Source of the DNA: Candidatus Bipolaricaulota bacterium
Lineage (GTDB): Bacteria > Bipolaricaulota > Bipolaricaulia > UBA7950 > UBA9294
DNA: 57,523 nt
Reading direction: 5' to 3'
Assembly: GCA_040752575.1 (NCBI GenBank)
Contig: JBFMGK010000014.1
Span: 1-57,523, forward strand
Of the stretch, positions 1-9,099 are shown piece by piece. Each line of letters opens with the position of its first letter. The first letter of the stretch is position 1. The translations under genes and the position numbers were made by a program. The notes under the pieces were generated by a model. It saw nothing but the letters and a program-made list of their open reading frames with translations, was not told the DNA's origin and did no database searches.

Positions 1-30
1 GGAATCGGGGAGCCTCCGAGGGCGATCCAT
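1..30 (-). CDS. 5' end of a possible gene running off the window (MDRPRRLPDS...)
   Basis: Minus-strand ATG at 30 preceded by GAGGTGA; too short to identify. Confidence 0.3.
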   Translation of the reverse strand, partial: MDRPRRLPDS

Positions 31-124
31 CGGTCACCTCGAAACCCCGGTTCGATAGGCAAAACCCTCTGTCCTTCCAAGCTCACGAGCCGTTCGGCAG
101 GATAGCGGAGCACAGCGGTGTGGC

Positions 125-152
125 TTGACATTGTCGGCGAAGAGTATATACT
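125..152 (+). promoter_or_regulatory. sigma70-type promoter
   Basis: TTGACA (125-130), 16-nt spacer, TATACT (147-152). Confidence 0.7.
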
Positions 153-192
153 GGCAACCATACATATATAGGCCAGGAGGACGGAGGTGCCC

Positions 193-339
193 ATGGAAGT
201 CGATGTGAGATTGGATCGGCTCTGGAGGGTGGCCAATCAGCTTCGAGCCGAGCTGGACGGCACAAGGTTGGGCTTCCGCCTCGAAGAGCTCTTGATCGAG
301 ATCGCGGAATACGAGGGAGCGGAGGCGATCGCGGGCTAG
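193..339 (+). CDS. small hypothetical protein, 48 aa
   Basis: MEVDVRLDRLWRVANQLRAELDGTRLGFRLEELLIEIAEYEGAEAIAG*; AGGAGG and GGAGGT upstream; promoter upstream; below ORF-track cutoff. Confidence 0.6.
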   Translation: MEVDVRLDRLWRVANQLRAELDGTRLGFRLEELLIEIAEYEGAEAIAG

Positions 340-507
340 GCAAGGCAAGACCTTGCGGGGCATTGCGGCACGGTCGGTGATCGATCGACCGTGTCGCAGA
401 GGCTCTCCCGTGCAGTCCACTCTCTACCCCTGCAGCAGCCGGGCTCGCAGCGCACCCCCGAAGCGGCGGCCCGGCGCTGCGTTTCCAGGCGCGTTCCACG
501 CAGTCCC

Positions 508-535
508 TTGCGTCATCGCGGTCGATGTATATACT
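508..535 (+). promoter_or_regulatory. putative pstCAB promoter
   Basis: TTGCGT-16 nt-TATACT. Confidence 0.5.
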
Positions 536-568
536 AAGTGTGCCTTGTCCTTACCAAAGGGGTGTTCT

Positions 569-1537
569 TTGCGGCGGAAGAGCGGAGTAGGTAGCGCTCA
601 GCTTCAGGACCGGCCGCCGGTCGACCTGCGCCCGGCGAGGCGTACCGGCTGGCGCGGCGCCCTCGCGTGCATTCGAGAGCAATGGGATCGGCCTGTGTTT
701 CTTGGGGTTGCGTCGGTCTCACTCGTCGGGCTGGGTCTCATTCTCTTCTTCATCTTCCGTGAGGCGGCGCCCGTCCTTCGCGAGATCGGACTCGTGAACT
801 TCCTCGGAGCCACTTGGCATCCAACGTCGGAGCCTGGATCCTTCGGCGCGCTGTCGATGATCACCGGCTCGGCCCTGGTCACGTTCGGCTCGTTGTCGGT
901 GGCGATTCCGCTGGGGTACGCGGCGGCAGGCTTCATCGCCGAGGTCGCCCCGAGCTGGCTGAAGGACGTGGCGAAGTCGACACTCGAGCTTCTGGCGGGG
1001 ATTCCATCCGTCGTGTATGGCTTCTTCGGCCTTATGGTCGTGGCTCCTTGGCTGCAAAGGCTTCTCCACCTGCCGACGGGGCGAACGGCTCTGACGGCGT
1101 CGTTCATCCTTGGGATCATGGCGTTGCCGACCGTTGCGAGCCTTGCGGAGGACGCGTTGACGGCAGTTCCGAACTCGTATCGAGAAGCCTCGATGGCCCT
1201 TGGGGCGACGCGATGGCAGACGATTCGCCGCGTCAGCTTCCCTGCGGCCTTCTCGGGGCTCATCGGGGCGGCGATTCTCGGGATGGGGCGGGCCATCGGG
1301 GAGACCATGGCCGTGTTGATGGTGGCGGGTAACTCCCCGCAGATCACGGCGTCGCTCCTGAAGCCGGTGCGCACGCTCACGGGGACGATAGCTCTGGAGA
1401 TGGCGGAGACGCCGTTTGGGAGCACGCACTACCACGCGCTGTTCGGGTTGGGGGCGCTGTTGCTGATGAGTTCCCTGGCCAGCAACTGGGCCGCCGAATG
1501 GTTCCGCGGACGTTTGGCGAGGAAGCACGGGCTATGA
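569..1537 (+). CDS. pstC: phosphate ABC transporter permease PstC
   Basis: ELLAGIPSVVYGFFG, EASMALGATRWQTI, GRAIGETMAVLMVAGN; start uncertain (TTG 569 after AAGGGG). Confidence 0.93.
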   Translation: MRRKSGVGSAQLQDRPPVDLRPARRTGWRGALACIREQWDRPVFLGVASVSLVGLGLILFFIFREAAPVLREIGLVNFLGATWHPTSEPGSFGALSMITGSALVTFGSLSVAIPLGYAAAGFIAEVAPSWLKDVAKSTLELLAGIPSVVYGFFGLMVVAPWLQRLLHLPTGRTALTASFILGIMALPTVASLAEDALTAVPNSYREASMALGATRWQTIRRVSFPAAFSGLIGAAILGMGRAIGETMAVLMVAGNSPQITASLLKPVRTLTGTIALEMAETPFGSTHYHALFGLGALLLMSSLASNWAAEWFRGRLARKHGL

Positions 1538-2415
1538 TCACCGAACTCACCGCGCAGCAACAGCGAGGGCGACGCGTTGCACAACGGATCGCGTTCGCAC
1601 TCCTCGCGATCTCGACGCTCATCGCGCTCCTGGCGTTGGCGGCGATCCTGACCGCGATGATCCGCCAGGGAGCCAGTGCCCTGTCTTGGGAGTTCCTGAG
1701 CCAGTTCCCGCGCAAACTCATGACCGAAGGGGGGATCTACCCCGCTCTGGTCGGCAGCTTCCTGCTCACGGCCGGGTCGCTGTTGGTGTCGCTGCCTCTC
1801 GCTGTGGGATCGGCGATCTGGCTCTCGGAGTATGCACGCGGTGGACTCTGGGTCCGCGTCGTGCGCGTGGCCGTGAACAGCCTGGCCGGAGTGCCTTCGA
1901 TCGTGTTTGGGCTCCTGGGTCTTGCCTTCTTCGTCAAGGTCCTCGGGCTGGGGGTCTCGCTGTTGTCGGGCGTTCTGACCCTTGGCTTGCTCATCCTCCC
2001 CATCCTGATCCGAGCCGCCGAGGAGGCGCTGGGATCGGTGCCGATGACGTTTCGCGAAGGAGCGCTGGCTCTTGGGGCGACCAAGTGGTACGCGGTGCGG
2101 ACCCTGGTCCTGCCGACCGCGATCCCTGGGATTCTGACCGGAGCCGTGTTGGGAATCGGCCGAGCGATGGGCGAGACGGCGCCGATCATGTTCACTGCCG
2201 CGGCGTTCTACATGGCCCGTCTGCCCGAGACGCCGTTCGACAAGGTCATGGCTCTCCCGTACCACATCTTCGTGATGGCGACCGAGAGCCCGAGCTACTG
2301 GAAGACGCGCGATCTCCAGTTCGGGACAGCCCTTGTCCTCCTGGGACTCGTCATGACACTCAACCTCGGGGCGGTCTTGTGGCGGGCGCGCGTACGAAGG
2401 AGGAAGCAGTGGTAG
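1534..2415 (+). CDS. pstA: phosphate ABC transporter permease PstA
   Basis: LAGVPSIVFGLLG, REGALALGATKW, GRAMGETAPI; ATGA overlap with pstC. Confidence 0.93.
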   Translation: MITELTAQQQRGRRVAQRIAFALLAISTLIALLALAAILTAMIRQGASALSWEFLSQFPRKLMTEGGIYPALVGSFLLTAGSLLVSLPLAVGSAIWLSEYARGGLWVRVVRVAVNSLAGVPSIVFGLLGLAFFVKVLGLGVSLLSGVLTLGLLILPILIRAAEEALGSVPMTFREGALALGATKWYAVRTLVLPTAIPGILTGAVLGIGRAMGETAPIMFTAAAFYMARLPETPFDKVMALPYHIFVMATESPSYWKTRDLQFGTALVLLGLVMTLNLGAVLWRARVRRRKQW

Positions 2416-3245
2416 CGGGAGAGAGGCAGGTGGCCGGCATCGAGCCGCGGTCCCTTGACGCGACGCGACAGTGGCTGGAACGGAACACCCAGTCGACATC
2501 CGTGCTCACGACGCAGGATTTCAGTTTCTACTACGGGCGAGAGCGCGCACTGAGCGCGGTCAACCTTGCCGTACCGTTGGATGGGATCACGGCCATCATG
2601 GGGCCGTCCGGGTGCGGCAAGAGCACGCTTCTGCGCGCGTTCAACCGGATGAACGAGCTCTACCCCAATACCCGCACCCTGGGGACGATTCGGTTCCTGG
2701 GGCAGGACCTGCTCAAGGCGGATCCTGTCGCCGTTCGGCGGCACATTGGGATGGTCTTTCAGCGGCCCAATCCGTTCCCGAAGTCGATCTTCGACAACGT
2801 TGCTTACGGACCCCGCGTGCATGGCTTGCGCAACAAGAGCGAACTCGCGCGGCTTGTCGAGGAGAGCTTGCGCCGTGCGGCGCTGTGGGACGAGGTCAAG
2901 GATCACCTGAAGAAGAGCGCCTTCTCGCTGTCGGGGGGGCAGCAGCAACGTCTGTGCATCGCGCGCGCGCTGGCTGTGCGTCCCAGCGTTCTCCTTATGG
3001 ATGAGCCCTGCTCGGCGCTCGACCCCAAAGCGACCGATCGCATCGAGGCCACGGCGCGCGAGCTGGCGCGCGAACTGACCGTCGTGATTGTGACGCACAA
3101 CCTTCAGCAGGCGGGGCGAGTGAGTGACCACGTCGCCGTACTCCTCGCCGGGGGCGTGCTCGCCGAGTTCGGGCCCACGAAGGCCGTCTTCGGGAATCCC
3201 GAGAATCCCGAGGTAGCGGACTACCTCTCCGGCAGATTTGGCTAA
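2409..3245 (+). CDS. pstB: phosphate ABC transporter ATPase PstB
   Basis: GPSGCGKST, GMVFQRPNPFPKSI, LSGGQQQRLCIARAL, MDEPCSALDP; start GTG 2409 or 2430. Confidence 0.95.
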   Translation: MVAGERQVAGIEPRSLDATRQWLERNTQSTSVLTTQDFSFYYGRERALSAVNLAVPLDGITAIMGPSGCGKSTLLRAFNRMNELYPNTRTLGTIRFLGQDLLKADPVAVRRHIGMVFQRPNPFPKSIFDNVAYGPRVHGLRNKSELARLVEESLRRAALWDEVKDHLKKSAFSLSGGQQQRLCIARALAVRPSVLLMDEPCSALDPKATDRIEATARELARELTVVIVTHNLQQAGRVSDHVAVLLAGGVLAEFGPTKAVFGNPENPEVADYLSGRFG

Positions 3246-4255
3246 GATTTGACGTGCGACCCACGGACGTGGGAGGCGGCGGGGACATCGAGAGCGTGCT
3301 CGGCGATGTTGAACCCGTACTCGCGAATTCGCAGCAAGCTGTCGAGGGCAATGCTGATCGATGACGCCTCCTCGGGGTGCTTGTCGCCGATGGTCCTTCG
3401 CGCCACCGAGAACAGACGATCCTCCTGTTCGCGCTCATCGAGAACCTGGTTCGCCAGATCAGCGCTCTGATCGACGAACGCCTGAACCGCGCGCCGCAGG
3501 ATGCCCATGGATTCCTCGGCGCGATCTGCGATCTCCTTCGCTGCGGCGGGGCGGATCGCCGTACTCAAGGCGATCGTCGCTTCGGAGATCTTTCCCGCGT
3601 GGTCGGCGACGCGCTCAAGCTGGTCAACGACGGCGTTGTAGTTCGAGAACTGCAGCCTCGACATGCCGTAGTCTTCTTCGAGCACAAGATCGCGCAACAA
3701 CAGGCTGTACTGCCGCGCGACGAGAAGGGCGAGCCGGTCCACGTCGTCATCGCGCTCGACGACGTCCCGGGCGAGCTCCGCTTCATGCCGGCAGAAAGCG
3801 CCGACGGCGTCGGAGACCATCGCGAGGGCGATGTCCGAGATGCGGTGCAACGTGCGCTCGACGGGGAAGTCCCGCACGTTCACGAGCGCGTGCAACGTAA
3901 TGCCCTTCTGGGACTCATCGAAGATCTCCAGCCCGATCAACGCCTGAGCGATCTCCCGCACCATGCGCCGTTGCCCGGTTCGGAGGCGGTCCGAGTCGAC
4001 CTCGATGATGTCGAAGCCGACGATGTAGCGGGAGATGATCTCCCTCTGGAGGCGGCCGAAGTCCCAATCGCCCATGGTCACGGTGCATCGGTTGCCCGCC
4101 GAGAGGCTCTCCGGAACAAGGAGCAGGGCGCCGGAGCCGCTGGGGATTAATCGCACCACGGCCTGAGGGCGGATACCCACCTCGTCGGCCCAGTCCTTCG
4201 GAAGGGTCACGAAATACGTCGATCCACCCGTCTTCTGAACCTTTCGCTGGTACAT
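3242..4255 (-). CDS. phoU: archaeal-type phosphate uptake regulator (N-terminal AbrB-like domain + PhoU repeats)
   Basis: RKVQKTGGSTYFVTLPKDW; ERDDDVDRL, LERVADH, RIREYGFNIAE; adjacent to pstB. Confidence 0.85.
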   Translation of the reverse strand: MYQRKVQKTGGSTYFVTLPKDWADEVGIRPQAVVRLIPSGSGALLLVPESLSAGNRCTVTMGDWDFGRLQREIISRYIVGFDIIEVDSDRLRTGQRRMVREIAQALIGLEIFDESQKGITLHALVNVRDFPVERTLHRISDIALAMVSDAVGAFCRHEAELARDVVERDDDVDRLALLVARQYSLLLRDLVLEEDYGMSRLQFSNYNAVVDQLERVADHAGKISEATIALSTAIRPAAAKEIADRAEESMGILRRAVQAFVDQSADLANQVLDEREQEDRLFSVARRTIGDKHPEEASSISIALDSLLRIREYGFNIAEHALDVPAASHVRGSHVKS

Positions 4256-4276
4256 AGAACCTCCCGCAGCAGGACC

Positions 4277-4299
4277 ATTGTAGCACGTGTCTCTATAGT
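4277..4299. promoter_or_regulatory. back-to-back -10 elements for phoU (minus) and apgM (plus)
   Basis: Minus TGCTACAAT (extended -10, 4277-4285); plus TATAGT (4294-4299). Confidence 0.4.
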
Positions 4300-4451
4300 C
4301 TGTGCGGGTCTATTGCCGTGGACGAGAGCCCGTCGCAGGTCCGGAGGAGGGATGGCGGAGACGTGGCGAGAAGGCGAAAGGCCACAAGGGAAGAGCGTTG
4401 AAAACCGCTAGGAGGTTGAGTACCGTCTCTGCGCTCACTCAGGGAGGAGAG

Positions 4452-5693
4452 ATGAAGGGAATCCTCGTGATTGCCGACGGGCTCGGCGGGCGGCCGACCG
4501 ACGCGGGGGGGAGGACGTGTCTCGAAGCGGCACGCACTCCTCAGCTGGACCGGCTTGCGGATCGCGGTGCCTCCGGGCTGGTCGACCCGATTCGCCCCGG
4601 CGTCCGGCCGGGTAGCGACACGGCTCACCTTTCGCTATTGGGCTACGATCCCCACGCGCTCTACACGGGACGAGGCGTCTTCGAGTGCCTCGGAATCGGC
4701 CTCGACGTCCAACCCGGTGACATCTGCTTCCGCGCCAACTTCGCCACCGTGAAGGTCGACGGATCGGAGTTGCGGCTCGTCGACCGTCGCGCGGGGCGGC
4801 TTGATTCGGGTCAGCGAGAACTCGAGACGGCGCTCGATGGGATGAGGATTGGGACTGCCGGCGTTGAGGTGAGATTCCGCGCGTCGACGGAGCATCGGGG
4901 CGCGCTCCTGTTGCGCGGAAAGAGTCTCGCCCCGCACGTTAGCGAAACGGATCCGCACGAGATCGGATCGGCGATCCGCGACGCCGTGCCCACGTCGGCC
5001 GGAGACGCGGCGGAGCGAACGGCGGCGGCGGTCAACGACCTTACGCGCCGGAGCCACGAGCTGCTCCAGGATCATCCGGTGAACCGTGAACGTGCGTCCC
5101 AGGGGAAGCTCCCGGCGAACATCCTGTTGGTTCGGGGCGCGGCGGACTGCCCGCACATCCCCTCGATTCCCTCGATCTACGGAGTTCGAGGGGCGGTGAT
5201 CTCTGGAGGTGCGCTGTACCGCGGCGTCGCGTTGGCCTGTGGACTTGAGGCGATCGCGGTTCCCGGCGCTACCGGCGGACTCGACACCGATCTCGCTGCG
5301 AAGGCCGGGGCTGCGCTGGCGGCGCTCGGGGACTTCGACTTCGTGTTCGTGCACATCAAGGGGACGGATAACGCGGCGCACGACCGCGATGCGACAGCCA
5401 AGACGAAGTTCATCGAGCGCATCGACAGCGAGTTCATCCGGCCTCTTGCCGAAGGACTGGATTGGTCGACGACGCACCTCGCGTTCACCGGCGATCACAC
5501 GACGTCGATCGAGTACGGCGACCACACGGCCGATCCCGTTCCGGTTCTGTTCGTTGGACCCAACGTTGTGCGAGATGGCGTCCGCACGTTCGACGAGCGC
5601 ACTGCATCCGGCGGGGGCCTTCTGCGGTTCAGCGGCCAGATCCTGCCGATGCTCATGAGCTACATGAACCGCTGCCCGAAGTACGGGAGCTAG
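4452..5693 (+). CDS. apgM: 2,3-bisphosphoglycerate-independent phosphoglycerate mutase, archaeal type
   Basis: IADGLGGRP, PGSDTAHLSLLGYDP, YTGRG, HIKGTDNAAHD, TGDHTT; GGAGG RBS. Confidence 0.88.
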   Translation: MKGILVIADGLGGRPTDAGGRTCLEAARTPQLDRLADRGASGLVDPIRPGVRPGSDTAHLSLLGYDPHALYTGRGVFECLGIGLDVQPGDICFRANFATVKVDGSELRLVDRRAGRLDSGQRELETALDGMRIGTAGVEVRFRASTEHRGALLLRGKSLAPHVSETDPHEIGSAIRDAVPTSAGDAAERTAAAVNDLTRRSHELLQDHPVNRERASQGKLPANILLVRGAADCPHIPSIPSIYGVRGAVISGGALYRGVALACGLEAIAVPGATGGLDTDLAAKAGAALAALGDFDFVFVHIKGTDNAAHDRDATAKTKFIERIDSEFIRPLAEGLDWSTTHLAFTGDHTTSIEYGDHTADPVPVLFVGPNVVRDGVRTFDERTASGGGLLRFSGQILPMLMSYMNRCPKYGS

Positions 5694-5701
5694 GGGACGC
5701 C

Positions 5702-6070
5702 ATGCAGATGCGCGACGTGGCGCCGCTGGTCGAGGCCGAGGTCTTGGCCTGTGCCGGGCGCGGCGACCTGATGCTGGATCGTGCGTACGCCGTAGATCTC
5801 CTGTCGGACTTCCTCGCCCTGACCGACGAGCGGACGACGCTCATCACGGGAAACGTGAGCCCCCAGGTCATCCGCGTGGCCGAGATCCTCAACGTGATCG
5901 CCGTGATCTTCGTGCGTGGGAAACGTCCGGCGCCGGGCACCGTGGCGCGAGCCGAGCAGCTTGGCATTCCGCTGCTCGCGACGAAGAAGACGATGTTCGA
6001 GACGTGCGGCCTCCTCTATGCGCACGGGGTGCGTCCATGCAAGAACCGCCCAGTCGAGACGAGCGAGTGA
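5702..6070 (+). CDS. DRTGG-domain protein
   Basis: AVDLLSDFL, LITG, VIRVAE, IFVRGKRP, GIPLLAT..MFETCGLLY. Confidence 0.8.
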   Translation: MQMRDVAPLVEAEVLACAGRGDLMLDRAYAVDLLSDFLALTDERTTLITGNVSPQVIRVAEILNVIAVIFVRGKRPAPGTVARAEQLGIPLLATKKTMFETCGLLYAHGVRPCKNRPVETSE

Positions 6071-6642
6071 CGCGCTTCGTCCACCGCATCGCGCCGCGCG
6101 ACATCGAACACGGAGGCAGCGCGTCGGCGGAGATCAAGCGCGAGTTGAGGGCCGCCGGCGTGTCGGCCTACGATGCGCGACGTGCGGGGATCGTGGCCTT
6201 TGAAGGGGAGATGAACCTGATGGTTCACTCGACGCGCGGGGGGACGATCGAAGTCGACTTACGTCCGGGGGTCATCGAGGTCGTCGTCGAAGACGACGGC
6301 CCAGGAATCTCCGATGTGGACTTGGCTTTGACCCCGGGGTTCTCGACGGCCCCGGACTGGGCGACGGAGCTGGGCTTCGGCGCAGGGATGGGCCTTCCGA
6401 ACATGCAGCGGAACTCGGACGGGTTCGAGATCCACTCCCAGCCCGGGCGCGGCACGCGCGTGCGCTGCCGGATCGAGCGAGAACCCCATCCAGCGAGTCC
6501 CGAGACGCCTCCTTCCTCCACGAGCGGGGCGGACGTGGAGAAAGCCGCTTGCGAGCGGGAGCCATGGGAACCGGATTGGGCACAGGATCTGGGGGTGGGC
6601 GGAGCCCATGGGCAGACGCCGGAAACGAAGGAGGGCGCATGA
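6067..6642 (+). CDS. anti-sigma-factor-like Ser/Thr kinase (RsbT/RsbW-type HATPase)
   Basis: FEGEMNLMVH, EDDGPGI, GFSTA, GFGAGMGLPNM; GTGA overlap. Confidence 0.82.
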   Translation: MTRFVHRIAPRDIEHGGSASAEIKRELRAAGVSAYDARRAGIVAFEGEMNLMVHSTRGGTIEVDLRPGVIEVVVEDDGPGISDVDLALTPGFSTAPDWATELGFGAGMGLPNMQRNSDGFEIHSQPGRGTRVRCRIEREPHPASPETPPSSTSGADVEKAACEREPWEPDWAQDLGVGGAHGQTPETKEGA

Positions 6643-6986
6643 AGCTTGGTGAGCTGGCTCGCGATCTGGGCTGGGAAACGGTTGTGGAAGGCCGCGGGCT
6701 GGATCGCGACGTCTCCGGCGGATTCGTGGGAGACCTGCTCTCGCACGTCCTGGCGGGAGCGCGGCCCGGTGAAGTCTGGATCACGATTCAGCACCACGCG
6801 AACGTTGTCGGCGTCGCCCAGGTGGCGGACCTGGCCGGCGTCGTTCTGGCGCACGCGGTGGACGTGCCGGACTCCGTGGTCGCGAAGGCCCGCGAGGCCG
6901 GCGTGACGGTACTCCGCACGGGGGAAACCTCCTTCGTCGTCTGCGGGAAGCTTTACGAACGAGGCGTTGGGCGACGAACGTGCTGA
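6639..6986 (+). CDS. DRTGG-domain protein
   Basis: GGFVGDLLSHVL, VWITIQHHANVVGVA. Confidence 0.8.
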   Translation: MKLGELARDLGWETVVEGRGLDRDVSGGFVGDLLSHVLAGARPGEVWITIQHHANVVGVAQVADLAGVVLAHAVDVPDSVVAKAREAGVTVLRTGETSFVVCGKLYERGVGRRTC

Positions 6987-7723
6987 AGTCCCTGATGGCT
7001 GATCTCCATATCCACACGTGCCTGTCACCGTGTGGCGAACTCGAGATGGCGCCGCGGTCGATCGCTCGTGCCGCGGTGGCGGCCGGGATCGATTGGATTG
7101 CCGTGGCCGACCACAACTCCGGTGAGATGGCGGCGGTCATGGCCGTAGCGGCGCGGGAAGCGGGGCTTGCGTTTCTCTATGGGATGGAAGTCCAGACCCG
7201 GGAGGATGTCCACGTGTTGGCCTACTTCGACGATGAACCAGGCTTTCGGCGGTTCGCCCAGGTCGTCGACAAGGCGCTTCCCGAGCGCGCCAACGATCCC
7301 GCGGTCTTCGGCGATCAGCCCGTGGTGGATCTCGAGGAGAACATTGTGCGCTGCGAGCCGCGAATGCTCCTCAACGCCGTCCGGCTGGGTTTCGATGAGG
7401 TCGTCGAGGAGATCGAGCGGCAGGGGGGGCTCGCTGTGCCCGCCCATGTCGACCGGGAAGCGTTCGGGCTCCTGGCGCAGTTGGGATTCGTACCCGTCGG
7501 GCGGACATTCTGCCTCGTCGAATCGGTGAGGGGGCCGCTTCCGCCGGGATTCGGCGACGCAACGCGGTTGTGTTCGTCGGATGCGCATCGCCTTGAGGAC
7601 ATCGGGCGTCGCGTTACGCGGTTCACGGTGGCCGCACCGACGCTGGACGAGATGCGGCGTGCCGCGGCCGGAGAGGGCGGTCGGTCCGCGGTGTGCCACG
7701 TGCGGAAGGAGGGAACGAGGTGA
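6980..7723 (+). CDS. PHP-domain phosphoesterase
   Basis: DLHIHTCLSPC, VADHNS, GMEV, PAHVDR, SSDAH. Confidence 0.85.
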   Translation: MLKSLMADLHIHTCLSPCGELEMAPRSIARAAVAAGIDWIAVADHNSGEMAAVMAVAAREAGLAFLYGMEVQTREDVHVLAYFDDEPGFRRFAQVVDKALPERANDPAVFGDQPVVDLEENIVRCEPRMLLNAVRLGFDEVVEEIERQGGLAVPAHVDREAFGLLAQLGFVPVGRTFCLVESVRGPLPPGFGDATRLCSSDAHRLEDIGRRVTRFTVAAPTLDEMRRAAAGEGGRSAVCHVRKEGTR

Positions 7724-8199
7724 CGGAGGGAATGACCGGTGCGAAGGCGGAAGCGCTCGAGAGAATCCTCGATCGGGCGGCGAGTGTGCGCGGTTCGCTC
7801 ATTCTGGCCCTTCACGAGGCGCAGGAGCTCTATGGGTATCTTCCGGCCGATGTGCAGTTGCGGATCGCCGAGCGGCTGAGCCTTCCGCAGTCCACCGTGC
7901 GTGGCGTCGTGACGTTCTACAACTTCTTCCGGACGGAACCTCGCGGCCGCCACATGATCAGCGTGTGCACGGGAACGGCGTGCCATGTCAAGGGTGCCGA
8001 GCGCGTGCTCGATCACCTGCGCGAGGAGTTGGGAGTCGGCGTCGGCGAGACGACGGCCGATGGGCGCTTCACGGTCCAGGCGGTTCGCTGCATCGGCGCG
8101 TGCGGGCTCGCGCCGGTCATGATGGTCGACCACGAGGTCTACGGGAAGCTCGATCGCAAGAGGGTGAAGGCCGCGCTGGCCCGACACGCCGATGCTTGA
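7720..8199 (+). CDS. NuoE/HydC/HoxE-like [2Fe-2S] subunit (copy 1)
   Basis: VTFYNFF, CTGTACHVKG, CIGACGLAP. Confidence 0.9.
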   Translation: MTEGMTGAKAEALERILDRAASVRGSLILALHEAQELYGYLPADVQLRIAERLSLPQSTVRGVVTFYNFFRTEPRGRHMISVCTGTACHVKGAERVLDHLREELGVGVGETTADGRFTVQAVRCIGACGLAPVMMVDHEVYGKLDRKRVKAALARHADA

Positions 8200-8731
8200 G
8201 TCGCTCGACCTTCACCTCCTCGACCTCGTGCAGAACGCGCGTGAGGCGGGGGCAAGGCGTATCGCGATTCGCTGGACGTGCGACGAGGCGAGCGATGAGG
8301 TTGCCCTCGAGGTCGTCGACGACGGCCGAGGTATGGACGCAGACACCTTGGCTGCGGTCGAACGCGGGTTCTACTCGACCAAGGGGCAGCGAAGCGTCGG
8401 GCTGGGGATCCCGCTCCTTCGCCAGACGGCCGAACACTGCGACGGGCGATTCTCGATCTCGAGCCGGCTGGGGGAAGGCACGACGGTGAGGGCCAGCTTT
8501 CGGCGCAGCCACATCGATCTCCCGCCGTTTGGCGACGTGGCGGCGACCTTCCTGTCGATCCTCGTGACGAGCGAGGACCGGTGGGTTAGCATTCTCTACC
8601 GATGCGGCGGAGAAGTTGACCTGGACACCGCGGAGCTGCGCGAGACGCTGGGCGGCGCCTCGCTTCAGTCTCCCGGCGTGCTTCGCGCTCTCCAGGAGTT
8701 TCTCGTCGAGCGCGTCGGGCGGGAGGGATGA
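8192..8731 (+). CDS. stand-alone HATPase_c (histidine-kinase-like) protein of hydrogenase loci
   Basis: LHLLDLVQNAREAGA, DDGRGM, FYSTK, GLGIPL, HIDLPPFGD; no sensor or membrane domain. Confidence 0.8.
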   Translation: MLESLDLHLLDLVQNAREAGARRIAIRWTCDEASDEVALEVVDDGRGMDADTLAAVERGFYSTKGQRSVGLGIPLLRQTAEHCDGRFSISSRLGEGTTVRASFRRSHIDLPPFGDVAATFLSILVTSEDRWVSILYRCGGEVDLDTAELRETLGGASLQSPGVLRALQEFLVERVGREG

Positions 8732-8732
8732 G

Positions 8733-9098
8733 ATGAAGTTGGAGGACCTTCGGAAGATCCGTGAGCGGGCGGCGAAAGAGATCGCGCTTCGACAAGGCGA
8801 CGCACGGGTCCGTCTTGTTGTCGGCATGGGGACGAGCGGGATCGCTGCGGGAGCGCGCGACGTGCTCGCCGCCCTCTTAGATGAGATCGCCAAGCGTGAC
8901 CTCTCGGACGTTGTCGTGACGCAGACCGGCGAGCGAGGGCTCGCCTCCTCGGAGCCCGTTGTGGAAGTCCACGTGAAGGACGATCCCGCCGTCGTCGTCT
9001 ACGGCGACATGACCTCGGAGAAGGCCCGCCGAGTGATTGCCGACCACGTCGTCCAAGGCAATCCGGTTCGCGAGTTCGTGATCGAAGTGAGGCGCTAG
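8733..9098 (+). CDS. thioredoxin-like ferredoxin homolog (HydD/HndB-like) lacking cysteines
   Basis: VVGMGTSGIAAGAR, TQTGERGLASSEPVVEV, IADHVVQGNPV. Confidence 0.75.
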   Translation: MKLEDLRKIRERAAKEIALRQGDARVRLVVGMGTSGIAAGARDVLAALLDEIAKRDLSDVVVTQTGERGLASSEPVVEVHVKDDPAVVVYGDMTSEKARRVIADHVVQGNPVREFVIEVRR

Positions 9099-9099
9099 C

